Under the pieces are notes generated by a model. That model was not told the DNA's origin. It saw only the letters and a list, made by a program, of their open reading frames with translations, and ran no database searches. A stretch of 64,000 nucleotides of DNA from Oikopleura dioica (Eukaryota; Animalia; Chordata), in assembly GCA_907165135.1 (NCBI GenBank), contig OU015566.1:3286001-3350000 (forward strand), read 5' to 3'. Positions within the stretch are counted from its first letter, which is position 1, and the number at the start of each line of letters is the position of its first letter. Shown piece by piece: positions 60,960-64,000 of the stretch. The position numbers were made by a program, and so were the translations under genes.

Positions 60960-63900
60960 TTGATAAATGACCTATCATAGATAAGAACAGGATAAAAACG
61001 GGAGAATCTAGGACAAGGGATTAGCAGGCCGCTAAAAATAGAACGCGGCAGCGGAGCCTAGTCAACGGCAGCAGAGACTCCCAGGAAACGGCGGAAGGTG
61101 TCACAGGCGCGCGAGAGCATCTAGATTCAAGCGGGTGCCCCGAAATCACGCAGGTTCATTCCAAAAGGTTATAGCTTGAGGCTAAAACCTTAAATTGGGA
61201 AACTTATATTAGAGACTTTTTCTCAGCAGGAGCATTACCAATAAGACTCCTACCTGATTCAAAAAGACTCTAAGGTAGACCATCAATCGATACTACCGCT
61301 TATTTCACCTAAAGTCCAAGGACTATAAAAAAAAAAAAGGGGGAATTCCCTTCTTCAGAATCTAGAAGCGTTTTCGGCCTCTTTGACTCACCTCTCAGAG
61401 CACGGGTTTCCTTCGAAATCTTCGAACGCTAAACCGACCCACCTTGGCTCCGCCAATCAGGTGCGCCGCGATTATTTCTTAAAAAAAAGAGATTCAAACT
61501 GTGAGGAAAAAGAGAAATGAGCCGTTTCACTGCCGTTTCCAGAATCCTTGACTCTCTCATCTTTTAAAACTCCCTTTTCAGACCATGATCGAGAAAGCTT
61601 TCCTCGAGGCAGCCGAGGATTTTGCCCCGAAATGGGGAATAGCCCTGGATTCTGACCCGTCCAAGCCATTGGAAAATTCTGAAAGGAGAATCCAGACTCT
61701 GAACGAGACTGTGACCAGGAAAGGATCTTAAGCTCTCTCAGATTCTTAACTTTCTGAAATCTTTTAATATGAAGAGAGTCTTATCCATCAAAAGAAATTC
61801 CCTGCTGCTTTCGAGTCAGGTGAACTGGAAAAGAATCTCACGCACATCCACAGCGAAGCCAAAGATTCAAACAAGGCTGATCAGACTCTACGTCCCGGCG
61901 GACGCGAATGAGCCACTCTCCAACCACAGGCTGGCCTTTGATCTTCAAGCCCCTTCAAAAGCGAAGTTCAATTTCGCGGAGCTAGCATCCTGGACAAAGA
62001 TCATCTTCACTTCACCCATGGGTAAAGAGTCACTTTGGGCAGCGAACCCGCGCAACGAGCCCAGCTTCACTCTCGAGCAAATTGCTGAAGAAATAGCTGA
62101 AGCAGAAAATGACTCCCCCGAAGATTGGAGCCTAGAGTCGAAGCCATTTCCCTTCAAACCGCTGCTCAGCCCAACAAAACTCCTGAAAAAAGATGCCTCA
62201 GGCATGAGCGTAGAACCAAGCGTCAACATTACCGACTCAGAGACATTGGAGGAACTCCTGAAAGCCCTGAACATAGAGAAAGGCCCGTTAAGAATCTTGG
62301 CCCGACGAGGAGACACACCAGCTTCAAAAGCCGCCCCAAAGCCTGACGAGAAGGGCAAACTCTATCCCACCAATGTGATGGAAGAATTTTCAAAATGGAA
62401 CAAGCTGGCGAGCCAAGACTGGTTCCAAGCATGGGAAGACTCGGAAAATCAGAATGTCCTCAACAAGGGTTTTTGGCACCATGTCTGTCTCCGAGTAATC
62501 ATGGAGGACAAAATCAAGGCTCAAGCAAATTACGAAAGACCTGAATTCCCGGATGAACACTGGCTCCAGAGACTCTTAAAAAAGGGACTGGAAGAAATCT
62601 TCAACGGACTCAGTTGCACAGAAGCAGACGCAAACCCGGCGGAATTCTTTGACTCACTCAAACAAATGGAAGCGATCAACAGCGACTGGCGCGAGATCTG
62701 CCACCAGGAGAACGCCTGGTTGACTCTCAAGAAATACGGTGAAACGAAATGGGCAAGAAAGGAACCAGCAAATAAAAACAGCTGGATTCTGGATGTTATT
62801 GGTGAATTCAGACTCGAAGACTCCGAACAACCGGTTCAGACTCCATTATCAAAAATCCTCACGCCACTAGTACTTCACCTAGCTCACCGACAGATCTCAG
62901 AAGACTCAGTCATAAGCCAAGACGGAAGCTGCGAGATTATGCTGACTCAGTGGCACATAGAATGGCTCGAGCTCAAAAACAAGAAATCGCTGAAAAAATG
63001 GATTGAAGCAGCAGCAAGAAAGGTTGTCCCCATCAACACAACCGCCAGAATCAAAGAAATTGGGGAAGGGGATTCACATTGGATAATGTGGATTCCATAC
63101 AAGGTGATTCCGCAACTGTGGGTCTTCAATATTGGGAAAGATCAAATCCACCGAAGGGAGAAATCATTGCTCTCACTAGCAGCTCACCCAGGACTCGCTC
63201 CGGAAGAATCAGAAGCGCTAAAGACTCTATCAGCCCAACCATGGACCGAAGAGAACGTCCGGAAATGCATCAGACAATTCCAAAAGCCCACCAGAAATTT
63301 CTACGCGTCAGGAAAAGCCTGCATTGTGGGAGTCAACCGCCCCTTCTCGACTCAAAAGGACATTCTCGAAATCATCGGGAAAATAGTCAGAGACACAAAA
63401 GCTTGCCCTCAGTCCCGCTCAATAGAGCACAACCTCGGAGTCCTGACAGCTGGATGGAACTGGACAAGTGGCAAAAGATTCAGCCCAAACTCGATTTTAA
63501 GATGCTTCATAGACAAATGGACTCAAAAGAGAGAAGAGATTTCCAAAGTGCCAAGACTCCAATTCCAGCGCGAAAAACTGGAAAAACGGAAAAGATCCTG
63601 CGAATGGCCGTTCTGCGGCGAAGCCGATGGAGATTCAGCCTGGTGCAGCAAACACCAGGAAGCACAGGAGATCAGAGAACTCAGACAGCCTCAATGCACG
63701 GAAAGCTGCATGTCCAGAAATGGGATGTTCCAAAAAGGACTCTCAGGAAAGCGTCTCGAGATCGGAATCTCCAGCGACGAGTGGCAACAAATCTATGTCA
63801 GACTCTCAGAAGCCTTCAAAACCCCTAACCTAGCAGACCTTGACGCTGAGCTCATCCAAACCATCCAGAACACCACTGTTCACGGTTTTGACTCAGTAAT

Positions 63901-64000
63901 AGAAGCATGGACATCGACAACGATCCTCTTCCAAGGGCAGAACGACTCTACAGCAAGCTTCAGAAAGCTCGAGGACTCCGAGAAATGGATAGCGAAAAGG
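60960..64000 (+). mobile_element. Probable autonomous mobile element or endogenous viral segment; class unresolved, runs off the window
   Basis: Abrupt shift to A/C-rich, intron-free sequence; A12-G5 tract near 61326-61343; CCAAT at about 61453; long uninterrupted ORF. The left boundary is approximate. Confidence 0.6.
61769..64000 (+). CDS. Intronless ORF of at least 744 aa (3'-truncated) with a possible clan-CE protease motif and a C-x4-C-x9-C-x2-H finger
   Basis: Manual translation from ATG 61769 (upstream in-frame stop at 61712) is open to 64000. It is absent from the supplied ORF track because it has no stop in the window. Confidence 0.8.
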   Translation, partial: MKRVLSIKRNSLLLSSQVNWKRISRTSTAKPKIQTRLIRLYVPADANEPLSNHRLAFDLQAPSKAKFNFAELASWTKIIFTSPMGKESLWAANPRNEPSFTLEQIAEEIAEAENDSPEDWSLESKPFPFKPLLSPTKLLKKDASGMSVEPSVNITDSETLEELLKALNIEKGPLRILARRGDTPASKAAPKPDEKGKLYPTNVMEEFSKWNKLASQDWFQAWEDSENQNVLNKGFWHHVCLRVIMEDKIKAQANYERPEFPDEHWLQRLLKKGLEEIFNGLSCTEADANPAEFFDSLKQMEAINSDWREICHQENAWLTLKKYGETKWARKEPANKNSWILDVIGEFRLEDSEQPVQTPLSKILTPLVLHLAHRQISEDSVISQDGSCEIMLTQWHIEWLELKNKKSLKKWIEAAARKVVPINTTARIKEIGEGDSHWIMWIPYKVIPQLWVFNIGKDQIHRREKSLLSLAAHPGLAPEESEALKTLSAQPWTEENVRKCIRQFQKPTRNFYASGKACIVGVNRPFSTQKDILEIIGKIVRDTKACPQSRSIEHNLGVLTAGWNWTSGKRFSPNSILRCFIDKWTQKREEISKVPRLQFQREKLEKRKRSCEWPFCGEADGDSAWCSKHQEAQEIRELRQPQCTESCMSRNGMFQKGLSGKRLEIGISSDEWQQIYVRLSEAFKTPNLADLDAELIQTIQNTTVHGFDSVIEAWTSTTILFQGQNDSTASFRKLEDSEKWIAKR

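Noticed and set aside
60900-61400. Definite LTR (Tor-type gypsy) boundary
   Set aside because: No TG..CA LTR pair, primer-binding site or gag/pol motif can be shown within the window.
63079-63828. 249-aa ORF from the track as a real gene
   Set aside because: It is an alternate frame inside the longer open frame 61769->64000, which carries the motif-like sequence.
1-64000. tRNA, rRNA, 5S or spliced-leader RNA genes (relevant to a NeSL-like target site)
   Set aside because: No matching sequence recognised by eye; a tRNAscan/Infernal run would be needed to exclude them.

Overview
Gene-dense eukaryotic genomic DNA, most likely from an appendicularian tunicate (Oikopleura-like). That assignment is an inference from 35-90 nt introns, frequent GA-AG and GC-AG splice sites, operon-like gene spacing and chordate-type genes. 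There are about 25 protein-coding genes. Recognisable ones: PP2A B'' subunit, RPA3-like, AAAS, RPL29, CRELD, an ARHGAP18-type RhoGAP, two trypsin-family proteases, a LIM protein, a GH20 hexosaminidase, MNX1, a pancreatic-type lipase with a frameshift, CFAP99, CFAP157-like and NAGK. There are also several secreted Cys-rich/EGF/CUB/lectin proteins that may be house (oikosin-like) components. Non-autonomous DNA transposons with verifiable TIRs and target-site duplications (TSDs) are abundant. One is a three-level nest: an apparent exon interrupted by a hAT-like element, which carries a 23-unit hairpin satellite, which is itself interrupted by a second element. Another family shows near-identical 8-bp targets at two independent insertions. 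The window ends in an intronless ORF of at least 744 codons, missed by the supplied ORF track because it has no stop. It has a possible clan-CE (Ulp1-like) protease motif and a CCCH finger, and lies in a segment strongly enriched for strand-specific GACTC. No CRISPR array, rRNA, tRNA or spliced-leader RNA gene was recognised. Exon structures were inferred by eye, so gene boundaries are approximate unless stated otherwise.
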